Shown here in pieces: positions 1-9,610 of a stretch of 64,000 nt of DNA. The DNA is taken from the sequence record PP496443.1, one strand, 5' to 3'. The position numbers and the translations under genes were made by a program. Position 1 is the first letter of the stretch. Each line of letters begins with the position of its first letter. Under the pieces are notes generated by a model that made no database searches, was not told the origin of the DNA, and saw only the letters and a program-made list of their open reading frames with translations.

Positions 1-254
1 GTCCCTTCCTTCTCCAGCAGTGCGTGCGTACACTCATGCAGCAAGGTGGCCCAAGCTTTCGGCTCGGTGAAGAAGGAGTCCCGGAGTAAGCAGGTGCCGC
101 CGGTGAATGAAGCGGTAGGCTGGCCGTTGCCCGGAATCAACGTGAAGGTGTGAGTCCTTGCATAACCGTAGACGGGCGCCCGCATGTTCTGCGGCATCTT
201 GTCGATGATCTTCAGTAACGCCGAGTTGTCAACCTCTTTCCCGCTTCGATCCAC
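1..254 (-). CDS. Partial (runs off window) putative zincin-type metallopeptidase-like protein
   Basis: Manual translation gives ...KIIDKMPQNMRAPVYGYARTHTF...WATLLHECTHALLEKEG with an HExxH motif. Not in the ORF track; start codon uncertain (GTG at 254 assumed). Confidence 0.5.
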   Translation of the reverse strand, partial: MDRSGKEVDNSALLKIIDKMPQNMRAPVYGYARTHTFTLIPGNGQPTASFTGGTCLLRDSFFTEPKAWATLLHECTHALLEKEG

Positions 255-259
255 CGTCG

Positions 260-826
260 TTACTTTGGGACCTCGGCAACCTCCATCAGGTGTGCCACTT
301 CCGCAAAGTTCTCAGCGCTGGACAGAGCCGACATGCGTTCCCGGTACAGCTGAATCTCGATGGGTTCCTCCAGCTCTTTCAGGAACTTTTCCAGCTTGGT
401 CTTGAACCGCTCAGTGTACGGCTTCTGAATGGTGATGTGTGCCTTGTAGTCGGGAAACGTCGGCGCCGCACCGATACCCAGTAGCTGGTTGTGCAGGTCA
501 GTCAGTTCCTTGCAGTTGACCAGCAGGACCAGAGTGTCTTCCTTGGGGCCGAACACGTCAACACCTGTCACCTCAGCGGTGTACTTGTGCGACGGATTGA
601 GAACGCCACGGGCCGCTACGTCGTCGATGGTTGACGAAGAGTACATAACGGTGCAGTGCAGCTCAGACATCGGCATCACGTCCGGCTCACGATCTTGGCC
701 GTACTTGCTCAGGGTCATCAACATCTTGGCGAGGGTCAGCTTGGAATCCGGGTGGATCTTGACATCCACGTAAGAACCTTCCTTGATCAACGACCGGGCC
801 GTCTCCATTACCTTAACTGTTTTCAT
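260..826 (-). CDS. acb1: Anti-CBASS nuclease Acb1 / T4 gp57B-like 2H phosphoesterase
   Basis: Two HxT motifs (LHCTVMYS, YKAHITI) plus GSYVDVK, DTLVLLVNC and LGIGAAPTFPDY segments that parallel T4 57B (GLYVAAK, HSTICYS, STLVLVLDS, LGATHDFDDYTPHITL). Confidence 0.85.
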   Translation of the reverse strand: MKTVKVMETARSLIKEGSYVDVKIHPDSKLTLAKMLMTLSKYGQDREPDVMPMSELHCTVMYSSSTIDDVAARGVLNPSHKYTAEVTGVDVFGPKEDTLVLLVNCKELTDLHNQLLGIGAAPTFPDYKAHITIQKPYTERFKTKLEKFLKELEEPIEIQLYRERMSALSSAENFAEVAHLMEVAEVPK

Positions 827-1367
827 TGGTGAACCCCTCGAGTGGGAATATCGTAGCCGTGGACTTGTCAGGGTTGACCTGAATACTCGCCGGGTTGACT
901 TTCAGATACTGCTTCAAGATCTTTTCGATCCGCAGCAAGTCAACGTCCTCTCCTTCCTTTTTCTCTACCCACGGCAGCATCACGTAGGAGTACAGAGCGG
1001 GGTTGATCAGGACTACGTTGAAGAATGCAGTGATGGCGTGGATCAAGGTGTTGCCATCATGTTTGGTACTGGTCGGGTCTCCTTCCTTACTCCGGAGGAT
1101 CACCCGAGGCTGGATAGTGTCGTAGGTGATAATCACCCCGAAACTGTCCGCAAGATTAGCTGGCACATTAACGCCTGCCGGGGCGCCGCGTGTCCAGAAC
1201 GTAACGCGTGACTTGGTTCCGTCTGGGCGGTGGATTGTTGCCTTGGTGCAGTATTCCGAGGAAGTCCACAAGACCGGATAGGTCGGGAGGATATCCACCT
1301 GGGGGATAGACTTTATCATGGTTGCCTCTAAGCCAACGGGGCCTTTCGACCCCGTGCCATTGTTCAC
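813..1367 (-). CDS. Hypothetical protein
   Basis: 184-aa ORF overlapping both neighbours in the minus-strand operon. Confidence 0.6.
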   Translation of the reverse strand: MNNGTGSKGPVGLEATMIKSIPQVDILPTYPVLWTSSEYCTKATIHRPDGTKSRVTFWTRGAPAGVNVPANLADSFGVIITYDTIQPRVILRSKEGDPTSTKHDGNTLIHAITAFFNVVLINPALYSYVMLPWVEKKEGEDVDLLRIEKILKQYLKVNPASIQVNPDKSTATIFPLEGFTNENS

Positions 1368-2527
1368 TGGGGAACCAGAGGACTCAGTTTGGTCATGGTT
1401 TCCGACAGCTCTTTCAGGACGAATGCACGCTTGTCCTCCGGCAACTTCTTCATGCTGGATTGAAGCGAGGCGATCACCGCGATTGCCATCCCCAGTTCTT
1501 CCTGATACCGGCCCGTCCGGCCTTGGCGTGCACCGGACGTTTCGGTCTCGCCGTCGTCCACAATCAGACGTTCACCACAACGCTTACACCACCGAGAGTC
1601 ATCAGCGTTGTTCGCACCACAGCGTGGACACTCGATCTCGTCGTCTTTAGGCGGGCCATCCAAGTCATCGCCTTCTTCTTCGAGTTCCTCATCGGTCATC
1701 CGTGCCGGGGCGTCGGGATCCTCTTCGCTTTCCGGTTCCGCCGAGTCTTCATCTTCCGTGGTTTCATCTTCGGCGTCGGGATCCTCTTCAGGATCAACTT
1801 CAGCCTCCGGGTCTTCCTCGGTTTCGGTGTCCGCTTCCGGATCATCCTCTTCCATTTCGGCGTCCGGATCCTCTTCTTCGGTGGACGCTTCATCCTCGTC
1901 CGGTACTTCCGTTTCCTCTTCCTTCGCCTTTTTGTTCTTGGCTTTGGTCAGATTCTTGGAAGCTTCCTGCTCTTCATCAGTCGGGCGGAACGTAGGATCT
2001 TCCGCATCGTCGGTGAGGTCAGGAACGTCGGTGTCCATTGCGATTGGACGTTCCACGAAGAACGGGGAGTCCTCGGAGTTGCCGTAGGACCGCCCGTACC
2101 ATGGGCTGGCCTCGTCGAGGATGTCCGGGATAAGCGACAGCTCGATCTCGCCCGTGCCTTTCAGGTTACCCCGTGCACGACCAATGATACCCACGCCAGA
2201 CTTGGTTGGGCGGAAGCTCTGAACCGAACCCGTGTCATCCAAGACTACAGAGGTCATGTCAGCGGCAACCCGAGTAACCGTGCCGAGGTAGAATTCGGGG
2301 TTGGCCCAAGACTTGCCCATGTTGACCAGCACACGCTCACCTTTGTTATAGCGAACGTAGTAGCCAACCTCCATGTGACGAATGGATGCCGCCAGCGTAT
2401 GCACCTTGGTCCAGAAGCTCTTTCTCTCCTTGACCGGCACCTTGACGGCGGCGGTTACTTTGTATTGCGTCGAGACGCGATCCAGCGCTTGGCGGAAGGC
2501 CGCGTCCGAGGGATTGGCCATGGTCAT
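1364..2527 (-). CDS. Acidic low-complexity protein with C-terminal double zinc ribbon (probable virion/internal protein)
   Basis: Long D/E-rich tract with (E)EDP(D/E)A repeats, then CPRCGANNADDSRWCKRCG. Operon-coupled. Confidence 0.7.
   Translation of the reverse strand: MTMANPSDAAFRQALDRVSTQYKVTAAVKVPVKERKSFWTKVHTLAASIRHMEVGYYVRYNKGERVLVNMGKSWANPEFYLGTVTRVAADMTSVVLDDTGSVQSFRPTKSGVGIIGRARGNLKGTGEIELSLIPDILDEASPWYGRSYGNSEDSPFFVERPIAMDTDVPDLTDDAEDPTFRPTDEEQEASKNLTKAKNKKAKEEETEVPDEDEASTEEEDPDAEMEEDDPEADTETEEDPEAEVDPEEDPDAEDETTEDEDSAEPESEEDPDAPARMTDEELEEEGDDLDGPPKDDEIECPRCGANNADDSRWCKRCGERLIVDDGETETSGARQGRTGRYQEELGMAIAVIASLQSSMKKLPEDKRAFVLKELSETMTKLSPLVPQ
1709..1876. repeat. Three copies of an 18-nt coding repeat GGCGTC(G/C)GGATCCTCTTC (encodes EEDPDA)
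   Basis: Copies at 1709-1726, 1772-1789 and 1859-1876. Confidence 0.7.
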
Positions 2528-2528
2528 C

Positions 2529-3359
2529 TTAAGCCACCGTCTGTTCGCTCAGCTGGTTATCCAGGTCCATGTAGAACTGGGGGTTGGCCTTGCAGAGTTC
2601 GCTGTAGTATTCCACAACGTCGCCCGATTGATCTTCAACCGGCATCGGGATGTTAGCCAGTGAATCTGCACCAGCCAGTTGCACGACGGAGATCAGCTGA
2701 CCCCGGTGCACGGACTCGGTCTGCATGGTGTCAGTCGAGTAGATCGTGTCGGCGGTGACCACGTAGCCGTAGTTAACCGAATCGGTCTCGGTGGAGAAGA
2801 ACGAAGCGTATACGGCGTTACGTGGATCAGGCATAACGTCGAGCAGGGGCATAACATCCGCCACGTGCTTGGCGCCTCGGTCTTCTACCGCAGCCATGCT
2901 GACCAGATCGGCCAGTTGGTGGTTGGACGCACGGGACAAGGTGTGAGCACCCGATTCGGCGATGGTCAGGTCCCACAGGGTGTGGTCCACGTTGTCCATC
3001 ATCACGTTACCAGCCATCTCGCGATAACGAGCGGTCTCGGCGTTGGTGCCGATCTCATCCTTGTTGATGCCACGAATCTCGCGGTTCAGGGCGAGGAAGC
3101 CGCTGACTTCGATGGCCGAAGAGTGGGCACCGCGACCGATCACGGTGAAAGACTCGGTGACCGGGCTGATGCGATTGTCGAAAGCCTTGGCGATGGCTAC
3201 GCGAGCCTCTTCAACGGACTTCGGTGCCTTGCTGAACTTGCCGACGACGCGAGCCGTGGAATCGTTGATCACCAGAGCACTGGTCACACTGAAAACTGGA
3301 GCCATACCAGTCTTCATCTTAACGTGGTCGGTGACTTTATTCATATCAAGACGTGCCAT
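2529..3359 (-). CDS. Putative virion structural protein
   Basis: 276-aa ORF with AGGAG RBS and strong codon bias, within the structural operon. Confidence 0.65.
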   Translation of the reverse strand: MARLDMNKVTDHVKMKTGMAPVFSVTSALVINDSTARVVGKFSKAPKSVEEARVAIAKAFDNRISPVTESFTVIGRGAHSSAIEVSGFLALNREIRGINKDEIGTNAETARYREMAGNVMMDNVDHTLWDLTIAESGAHTLSRASNHQLADLVSMAAVEDRGAKHVADVMPLLDVMPDPRNAVYASFFSTETDSVNYGYVVTADTIYSTDTMQTESVHRGQLISVVQLAGADSLANIPMPVEDQSGDVVEYYSELCKANPQFYMDLDNQLSEQTVA

Positions 3360-3378
3360 TTGTGTATCTCCTAGGGAG

Positions 3379-4101
3379 TTATCGAGGGTAATTGTTCAGT
3401 CGGGAATCCAGAGCGCCCCAGTAGGAACTCAAGGGACCAGCAGATACACCGGTTGCGCCGGGCACATGCTTGCGCCGACCTTTACCGTTGCCACCTGCCT
3501 CACTTCCGTCACCTTTGGTAATCCCTACCCGGTTCAAGAAGGTCTTGATGCTCTCGACGTTCGCTTGAATGTAATCCATTACACTCTGATCCTGCGACTC
3601 GAGGTATTGCGTCATGTCCATGGTCAACTGGACCGCCGCGCCTTGGTAATCGAACTGGGTTCGACCTTCGTCCATGTACATCGTTCTCAGGGCGACGTGC
3701 TCGGCGTATTTGATCCACAGAGCGTAGATAGCGCCTTGAGCATTGATCATCGAGAACCCAGTAGGAATGACCGCACCGTTGAACATGTCCCGGCCTGCTT
3801 TGAGGCAGTTCAGGTAGTCCTCATCGGTGAACGCCAAGTCATCCAGACGAAGCTTGCTGTTGATCCGATTGGTGAACTGTCGCAGCTCATCTATCGCCGT
3901 CAACATCGACGGATTGATCATATACAGTCTCTGTGTACTGTAATTAGTGCTGCCTTGCTGCTTGTACACCACCTGATAGGGCTCGAAGTTGGGCAGCAGG
4001 GTATTGGCGGGCAGCACAGCTGACACCTTACCATTCGCCGCGACATCGGCCACCAGTGAAGACCTCAGCAAGTTGTCGAAGTAAACCTCGATGCTGATCA
4101 T
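3379..4101 (-). CDS. Putative neck/head-tail adaptor protein
   Basis: 240 aa in the structural module; helical core and a QFDYQGAAVQLTMD segment reminiscent of myovirus neck proteins. Function is inference. Confidence 0.45.
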   Translation of the reverse strand: MISIEVYFDNLLRSSLVADVAANGKVSAVLPANTLLPNFEPYQVVYKQQGSTNYSTQRLYMINPSMLTAIDELRQFTNRINSKLRLDDLAFTDEDYLNCLKAGRDMFNGAVIPTGFSMINAQGAIYALWIKYAEHVALRTMYMDEGRTQFDYQGAAVQLTMDMTQYLESQDQSVMDYIQANVESIKTFLNRVGITKGDGSEAGGNGKGRRKHVPGATGVSAGPLSSYWGALDSRLNNYPR

Positions 4102-5252
4102 ACGGGAAACTCCGGAAGTGCCGTGGTCAGTTCTATCACCTTGACCGGAGTGAGTGGTTGCACCTCCTGACCGGATAGTGGCGGACTCTCAATCGTCAGA
4201 TACGCTTCGGCGAAAGGCCCTAGCGGATAGGCGGTGAAGTACAGCGGCAGGTTGAACTCCGAGCTGGCCGACCCAATGACCACGGAGAACATCTGATCAG
4301 TGAAGTCGATGCCCGCGTGCCCGGAACCACCTGGAGTGTTACGCAAGTGCACACCAAGGGTGTAGGGTTCGACCAGTCCTTGTCCAGCAGAGTCCAGTAC
4401 GGTCACCTTGAGCACTTCGTCACCCGGCGATAGCTTGCCGAAAGATACGGACAAGTAGCGTGGCACCTCTTCGTCCTCATGGGGCTGTCGAGCAATCAGG
4501 CGGGTTCGTTCATCCGGGATACCCGTACCTACCGGTGCCTTGAATGTGAGCATCGCATGATCTACAATGCCGCTGGTGCCCGGCGAACTTAGGTCAATGT
4601 TCTGACTCGGGAGGATCAAGGTGGTCGTGAGTTTGAACGCCGGAATGGTCACGCTGCCTTGGATCGACTCGATGTACCCCGGATCTACCGATACGTCCCC
4701 GGCCACGACGGGCGGCAACTGTCTGGCGGTGTAGTTCAGGACAAGATCCTTAACGTACACCTGGGACAGCGCCAGCGTCAACTGGAACGGCTGACCTCTA
4801 ATTACTTCCTGAGAGGCAGGAGCAATGACCCGAAGGTTGGTAGTGTTGGCGTCTTGATCAGTAGCGAACGCCAGCGTGGTGGACAACTCCACGTCTTGGT
4901 TGAACAACGACACCAGTACGGAAGACCCACCCTGTTCCAGATCAACAGTCACCTGAATATCGGTGGATCCATCTTCATCGATGCCGACTAGTTCGTCCTT
5001 TAGGAAGAAATCAATCGTCAGCGAGTCATAGCTGGTGTCTGGCACCACGATGTTGGCCGTCACCTTGACCCGGTAGCGGTTACCCGCCGGTAGCTTCTTG
5101 ACGGACGTTACCAGTGCCGGTTCTTCCCCGGCCAGCAGTGCACCAACCTCGTCGCTCACCGCATAGTGCACATGTAGGTTGTCGCTGGGTTGCTTGTCGA
5201 TCAGGAATGTGTAGCTAAGGGGAACGGTGTCCCCAACGGTGTAGGTTGTCAT
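4098..5252 (-). CDS. Beta-strand-rich (Ig/Calx-beta-like) putative virion protein
   Basis: 384 aa, V/T/L-rich alternating strand pattern; stop overlaps the next start. Confidence 0.5.
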   Translation of the reverse strand: MTTYTVGDTVPLSYTFLIDKQPSDNLHVHYAVSDEVGALLAGEEPALVTSVKKLPAGNRYRVKVTANIVVPDTSYDSLTIDFFLKDELVGIDEDGSTDIQVTVDLEQGGSSVLVSLFNQDVELSTTLAFATDQDANTTNLRVIAPASQEVIRGQPFQLTLALSQVYVKDLVLNYTARQLPPVVAGDVSVDPGYIESIQGSVTIPAFKLTTTLILPSQNIDLSSPGTSGIVDHAMLTFKAPVGTGIPDERTRLIARQPHEDEEVPRYLSVSFGKLSPGDEVLKVTVLDSAGQGLVEPYTLGVHLRNTPGGSGHAGIDFTDQMFSVVIGSASSEFNLPLYFTAYPLGPFAEAYLTIESPPLSGQEVQPLTPVKVIELTTALPEFPV

Positions 5253-5686
5253 TGGCCTGACTCCGGTAGGGCGAAGACGATTGGAACCTCATGTTCCTCG
5301 GACAGGTCATTCAACGAGTAACGCACCAGCTCCTTGAGCCAGCGATAGGTCTTGCCGTTGAAGTACCGGTATCGGCCTTCGATCAGGGTGGGCGTGTACT
5401 CGGCGTTCAGATCAGCGATGATGGTGTCCGTCATGTCGCCGTTATCTTCCCGCACTTGCCGTACTAGAATGCTGTGCAGAACCCACACGTTGTTGCTGTT
5501 CTTGTTGTCCCCCAGCAGGACCAACTCATCTGTTGGCAGTGCCAGCCCTTGAGCCAGGTAGGAGGACACCGGGGCATGCGTGGGAGATTTGGTGAAGGTC
5601 TGGCCGGGTAACCCGAACGACAAGGTTGTCGTTAAACGCCTCAAGTACTGGGGGCGGGTCAGCGGCTGCGGGGCGATCTTGATCAT
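5249..5686 (-). CDS. Hypothetical protein (145 aa, MIKIAPQ...)
   Basis: Start re-called to the ATG at 5686, which overlaps the upstream stop (ATGA). The track's 5249..6052 extension overlaps another gene. Confidence 0.6.
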   Translation of the reverse strand: MIKIAPQPLTRPQYLRRLTTTLSFGLPGQTFTKSPTHAPVSSYLAQGLALPTDELVLLGDNKNSNNVWVLHSILVRQVREDNGDMTDTIIADLNAEYTPTLIEGRYRYFNGKTYRWLKELVRYSLNDLSEEHEVPIVFALPESGQ

Positions 5687-6438
5687 ACTAAATCGTACCT
5701 CGACAGTTGATGAACCACCGACGCACCGATGCTGTTCAGGTTGATACGATCCCCCGGATGGAATGCGCCTGCGTGAGTGTACACGGGCAACAGGTTGAGC
5801 CATGCGTGGCCCATCTCCGGCACATACGTCAACACCAGTACTACCTGATTGAACGTGTGCGTACCGGAAGCCTCTTCGGGGAAGTTGATCTGATAGAACA
5901 TGGTGAAGCGCGTGTGGTTGCGATTGTTCAGCAGGTGATCCACGCTGCCGTCCACACTGATCGAGGTGAAGTGCTGGTTCAGATACCCGAGTACTTCCTC
6001 GTTCAATCTGGCCAGCTCCGCGTTTTCCTCGTTCAGCAGATTGGTGTAGCAATCGGCGATGGTGTCGATGATGTGTTTGCGCGTTGCACGCAATCCCTTC
6101 TCGATAGTTTCCACCACCTTCTCATTGTCGAGGCCAGTGTACACGGAGTTCTCGGGAAGATGCTTGCGAACGTGGTTACGCAGCTGGGTCAGCAAGGTGA
6201 ACGCGGATGTCATCGAGGCCAGTTGAATGAACGCGGCATCGGTGTTGTGCGTTGAACCTTCATCCAGCGTAGAGTCAATCACCTGGGTGTTGTGCCCCGG
6301 TTCCTCCACGTACGCCTGCAGCAGCGGATTGATTACGTCTTTGGTGATCGGATACTTCAACAACCCCTCAACCACGCCCAGTGCTTCGGGCAAGGTACGG
6401 ATATTGCCGATGCTCTCCATATCTACATGCTTAGTCAT
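5683..6438 (-). CDS. Hypothetical protein (probable virion)
   Basis: 251-aa ORF tightly coupled in the operon. Confidence 0.65.
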   Translation of the reverse strand: MTKHVDMESIGNIRTLPEALGVVEGLLKYPITKDVINPLLQAYVEEPGHNTQVIDSTLDEGSTHNTDAAFIQLASMTSAFTLLTQLRNHVRKHLPENSVYTGLDNEKVVETIEKGLRATRKHIIDTIADCYTNLLNEENAELARLNEEVLGYLNQHFTSISVDGSVDHLLNNRNHTRFTMFYQINFPEEASGTHTFNQVVLVLTYVPEMGHAWLNLLPVYTHAGAFHPGDRINLNSIGASVVHQLSRYDLV

Positions 6439-6439
6439 A

Positions 6440-7606
6440 TCACAGGATTCCGTTGAACACTTCCTGAGGTTGGATCAACCGGGCCGTCAGCTCGATGAAG
6501 ATCACGGTATCCCCTTTGGAGTTGAGCTGGGGACGAGAGCTGGTTACGTACCACACTCTGTTGTATTTGAAGTCCCGGATCAGCGAGTGCTTGCCGATGT
6601 TCGAGACGTAGGAAGGAACGCTAACCTCGATGTCCGGGCTGTCGTCACCGGTGAGAGATTTGCTGAACGTCGCCACGTCAACCTGCGGGAAGTCGATACG
6701 GACCCGCACGCCTTGGCAGTCGAAGTTGGCTTCGAAGTGCGTGAACTCTTCGTCGCATGTTACCCGGAGGATGTGGGGAAGACCATCTGCCAAGTCGGCC
6801 AGTGATGCCACGGGGGTTGTCACGTCTGTAACCACGGTTGCCAAGGTGAAGCCCTTGATCTCCTCCGTATTGTTCATCAGACGATAGCTGAACAGGTTGC
6901 CGCCTTTCGGCACGATCATGTTGAAGTCCACGTAACCACCGTCAACGTCTGTCGAAGCCAGCGCGAAAGAGTAAGGGCTGGCAATGGTGTTGACGCGGAA
7001 GTCCGACATTCCTACCTGATCACCCACGGTAAGCAGTAGGTGATACCCGCGATAGATCGAATAACCTTTGATGTAGCCCGTGCTCAGGCAAACGCCGCAC
7101 GTGTTACCACCTGACTCAAGGAAGTCGTCGCCCATGAACTCTTCATCGAACCGGAGTTCATCGTCGTCATCGATGTCAGTCTCGTCTTCATCCGTGAGCG
7201 GATCATCTACTACCATGGTTTGATCGAAGTCAACATCCCCTGCGCGGAACGACTTGCGCCTTTTCAGGTCGTTAGCGGAGCCCCGGCCAACGGGTTCCAC
7301 TGCTCTGGACTCAAGTTCCTCTTCTTCCTTGTCCAGTTCGTCGGCGTTGTTGAAGAAGTTGTTGAGCTGATCGTTGCTCAGGTTGCCCTTCTTGTCCAGC
7401 AGTGGGGCACCTGATTGGCACGTGCACCGGCGACCGGCACGGATGAACGGATAGAGGATAGCGTCGATGCCAGATGCCTCAATGGCAATGTCCGTCTCCT
7501 TCCGTTTACGCTCTTCATAGTAGGCCACGCCTTGTTCCACGGGTGTCCGTAATCGTTGATTTCGGGCAGTGGAGACTTGCCGGGGCGAGGGTGTGTATCT
7601 AGGCAT
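6440..7606 (-). CDS. Putative head-closure/neck protein with Cys motifs
   Basis: RRCTCQ and CGVCLSTGYIKGY (CxC...CxxCxxxG) around an acidic insert; first gene of the leftward operon with a GAGG RBS. Confidence 0.5.
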   Translation of the reverse strand: MPRYTPSPRQVSTARNQRLRTPVEQGVAYYEERKRKETDIAIEASGIDAILYPFIRAGRRCTCQSGAPLLDKKGNLSNDQLNNFFNNADELDKEEEELESRAVEPVGRGSANDLKRRKSFRAGDVDFDQTMVVDDPLTDEDETDIDDDDELRFDEEFMGDDFLESGGNTCGVCLSTGYIKGYSIYRGYHLLLTVGDQVGMSDFRVNTIASPYSFALASTDVDGGYVDFNMIVPKGGNLFSYRLMNNTEEIKGFTLATVVTDVTTPVASLADLADGLPHILRVTCDEEFTHFEANFDCQGVRVRIDFPQVDVATFSKSLTGDDSPDIEVSVPSYVSNIGKHSLIRDFKYNRVWYVTSSRPQLNSKGDTVIFIELTARLIQPQEVFNGIL

Positions 7607-7620
7607 GAAAACCTCACACT

Positions 7621-7630
7621 AATTACATAC
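7621..7630 (-). promoter_or_regulatory. GTATGTAATT motif, candidate late promoter for the leftward structural operon
   Basis: An identical 10-mer lies at 17924-17933, upstream of the other leftward structural operon. Confidence 0.35.
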
Positions 7631-7646
7631 ATACCGGAAAATCAAC

Positions 7647-7654
7647 GGTAAATG
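7647..7654 (+). promoter_or_regulatory. GGTAAATG box, candidate phage-specific promoter
   Basis: Intergenic, 78 nt upstream of the RuvC-like gene; motif recurs upstream of many genes. Confidence 0.5.
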
Positions 7655-7731
7655 ATGGGTATAACGTCATATTCCGAATTAGCATCTTTTGTCCGGTTTC
7701 CTTACTACTCAAAAATCTAGGATCGGTCACT

Positions 7732-8472
7732 ATGCACAGTCAAATAACGGAGGTTTATTCGCTAGGATTTGACCCCGGAAAGAACAACTTTGCTTGGACC
7801 TTCACGCTGACTACCAACGTCGGCGGCAAGCTGGTGCCAGAGATCCTTGAAATGGGATACGTCCTCAGTCCTTTGAAGAACCTGACCGAAGACAACCTGA
7901 TGGAAGGCACCGAGCATTTCTTCTTCGACATGCGTATCCTCCTGCTCATGCTACTGCAGAAGTATGGCCGCATCGATATCGTCGTAGCGGAACGGTTTCA
8001 GGCTCGCGGCCAGAAGACCGGCACTACCAGTGAGGTGGTCAGCATGATGATCGGCTTACTGATCCGCTGCATCCGAGAGTGTCACATCAGTCCAGATGTT
8101 CGGTTGGTTATTGCCAGCAGCTGGAAGAACAGTTACAACCGCTGCCTAGATGACAAGGAAGCTTTGCGTACTGCATACAAGCTGTGCCGTGCTGAGGCGC
8201 ATGAACTCGACGCTAGCTTTATCTCCCTGTACGGAGCCAACAAGGTAATACAGCGATCCCTTGAATCATCTGGGTCCAAACGAATCGTAGCGTCTACCGC
8301 CCCGAACGTGTTCAAGCATTTCGTCAGTGAGGTAGCCCGCGACTTGTGGCTGTCCATCGTGGAATGCAAGACCGGGGGCCAATTGGTTAACCGAAAGGCC
8401 AAGCGCAAATATCACGCTGAGGCACCGAATGAGCAAAGCCGAAAGAAGGCCGCAAGCCATAGTCCAGCTTGA
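7732..8472 (+). CDS. RuvC-like Holliday junction resolvase
   Basis: SLGFDPGKNNFAW (motif I Asp), IVVAERFQ (Glu), WKN, and HELDA (terminal Asp), matching the RuvC/poxvirus A22 catalytic pattern. Confidence 0.75.
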   Translation: MHSQITEVYSLGFDPGKNNFAWTFTLTTNVGGKLVPEILEMGYVLSPLKNLTEDNLMEGTEHFFFDMRILLLMLLQKYGRIDIVVAERFQARGQKTGTTSEVVSMMIGLLIRCIRECHISPDVRLVIASSWKNSYNRCLDDKEALRTAYKLCRAEAHELDASFISLYGANKVIQRSLESSGSKRIVASTAPNVFKHFVSEVARDLWLSIVECKTGGQLVNRKAKRKYHAEAPNEQSRKKAASHSPA

Positions 8473-8863
8473 TCAGGAACATGCCGTCCGAGATAGCATT
8501 CCTGAGAAGCTGGCTGTACAACGCCGACTGGAAGGTGAGTTCCGCATCACCCACATCCTGATCCTTGACCGGTACCTGGAGTGGTTGAAGGATCGAAACC
8601 TTCCAGTGTATTCCGATGAAGATCTACGTCCACTGGATAATCTGTTCCACGAATACCCGTTCAATGGGGGTCACTTCCCTCAGAACTATAGCTTATTAAT
8701 TGCAGCGTTCAGTAGAGAGTACTGGCGCTTGTTCGTAGCAGAAACCGACATCGAAGCTGACCTGACTTCGGTGCTGGGGATACCGCCGAGATTGTTTCAG
8801 CAACTCAGCACGCTCAGGTTACAGCTAGTCCGCAGATACCACACTCCGAATTACCGCAAATGA
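8429..8863 (+). CDS. Hypothetical protein
   Basis: 144-aa ORF coupled to the next gene by an ATGA overlap. Confidence 0.55.
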   Translation: MSKAERRPQAIVQLDQEHAVRDSIPEKLAVQRRLEGEFRITHILILDRYLEWLKDRNLPVYSDEDLRPLDNLFHEYPFNGGHFPQNYSLLIAAFSREYWRLFVAETDIEADLTSVLGIPPRLFQQLSTLRLQLVRRYHTPNYRK

Positions 8864-9546
8864 GGTTGACCATGAAATTTGTACCTAAAGCCATTGAACA
8901 CCGCGACATCGATCCCACCGCACGAGAGTTGTGGGTTCTCAACACCACCAAGAAGCCAGCGTCAGGTGACGTGTTCTTCACCGTGCCTCGTATCCGGGGT
9001 AACGGTATGGACGACGTGCAGGTGATCAAGAGCTGGGCACCGCAGAACCTGTGTGAACAAGCGTCCGCCGGTCAGCTCATGGACTCCACCGAGTTCCGTA
9101 AGATGATGACCTACGGGAACATCATCGTCATCAGCCCGGAAGACGCACAGAAGATCATCAGCAAGCGGCCCGCCGAGTTTCAGGAAGAAGTCAAGCGCAT
9201 CCTGAACCGTCGTCAGCGTCAGATCGACGTACAAGATGCAGGGAGCCGTGTAGCCGAGCCTGCGTACACCAGCGGCCACGATCACATCAACGTGCAAGCT
9301 GCCGATGACCTGGACATGAAAGTTCAGAGCCTGATGCAGCCGATGGAAGAAGGGGACACAATCAGCGCTGAGGAAGAGACGCGACTGATCAACACCCTGC
9401 GCACCATGGAAGACGACGATGAGCTGGGCCCGGTTGAGACCAAGTTCATTCAGCGCATCGCCAAGAAGGCGGGCAAGAAGAAACTCCTGCGTTACATCAA
9501 CGAAGTCATTCGTCAGAGCGTTGACGACGAAGAAGACGATGACTAA
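8860..9546 (+). CDS. Hypothetical protein with acidic C-terminus
   Basis: 228 aa, strong codon bias, followed by a terminator. Confidence 0.7.
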   Translation: MRLTMKFVPKAIEHRDIDPTARELWVLNTTKKPASGDVFFTVPRIRGNGMDDVQVIKSWAPQNLCEQASAGQLMDSTEFRKMMTYGNIIVISPEDAQKIISKRPAEFQEEVKRILNRRQRQIDVQDAGSRVAEPAYTSGHDHINVQAADDLDMKVQSLMQPMEEGDTISAEEETRLINTLRTMEDDDELGPVETKFIQRIAKKAGKKKLLRYINEVIRQSVDDEEDDD

Positions 9547-9565
9547 TACGCAGCGGCAGTAAGTT

Positions 9566-9592
9566 AGGGGGTGCCGAGAGGTGCCCCCTTTT
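9566..9592 (+). terminator. Intrinsic terminator
   Basis: AGGGGGTGCC-GAGA-GGTGCCCCCT stem (two G-U pairs, GNRA loop) followed by a T-run. Confidence 0.7.
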
Positions 9593-9610
9593 ATTCATCT
9601 GGAGAAAGCT

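Noticed and set aside
1709-1876. Possible CRISPR-like repeat
   Set aside because: Repeats lie in frame inside an acidic coding tract, with irregular spacing and no cas genes.
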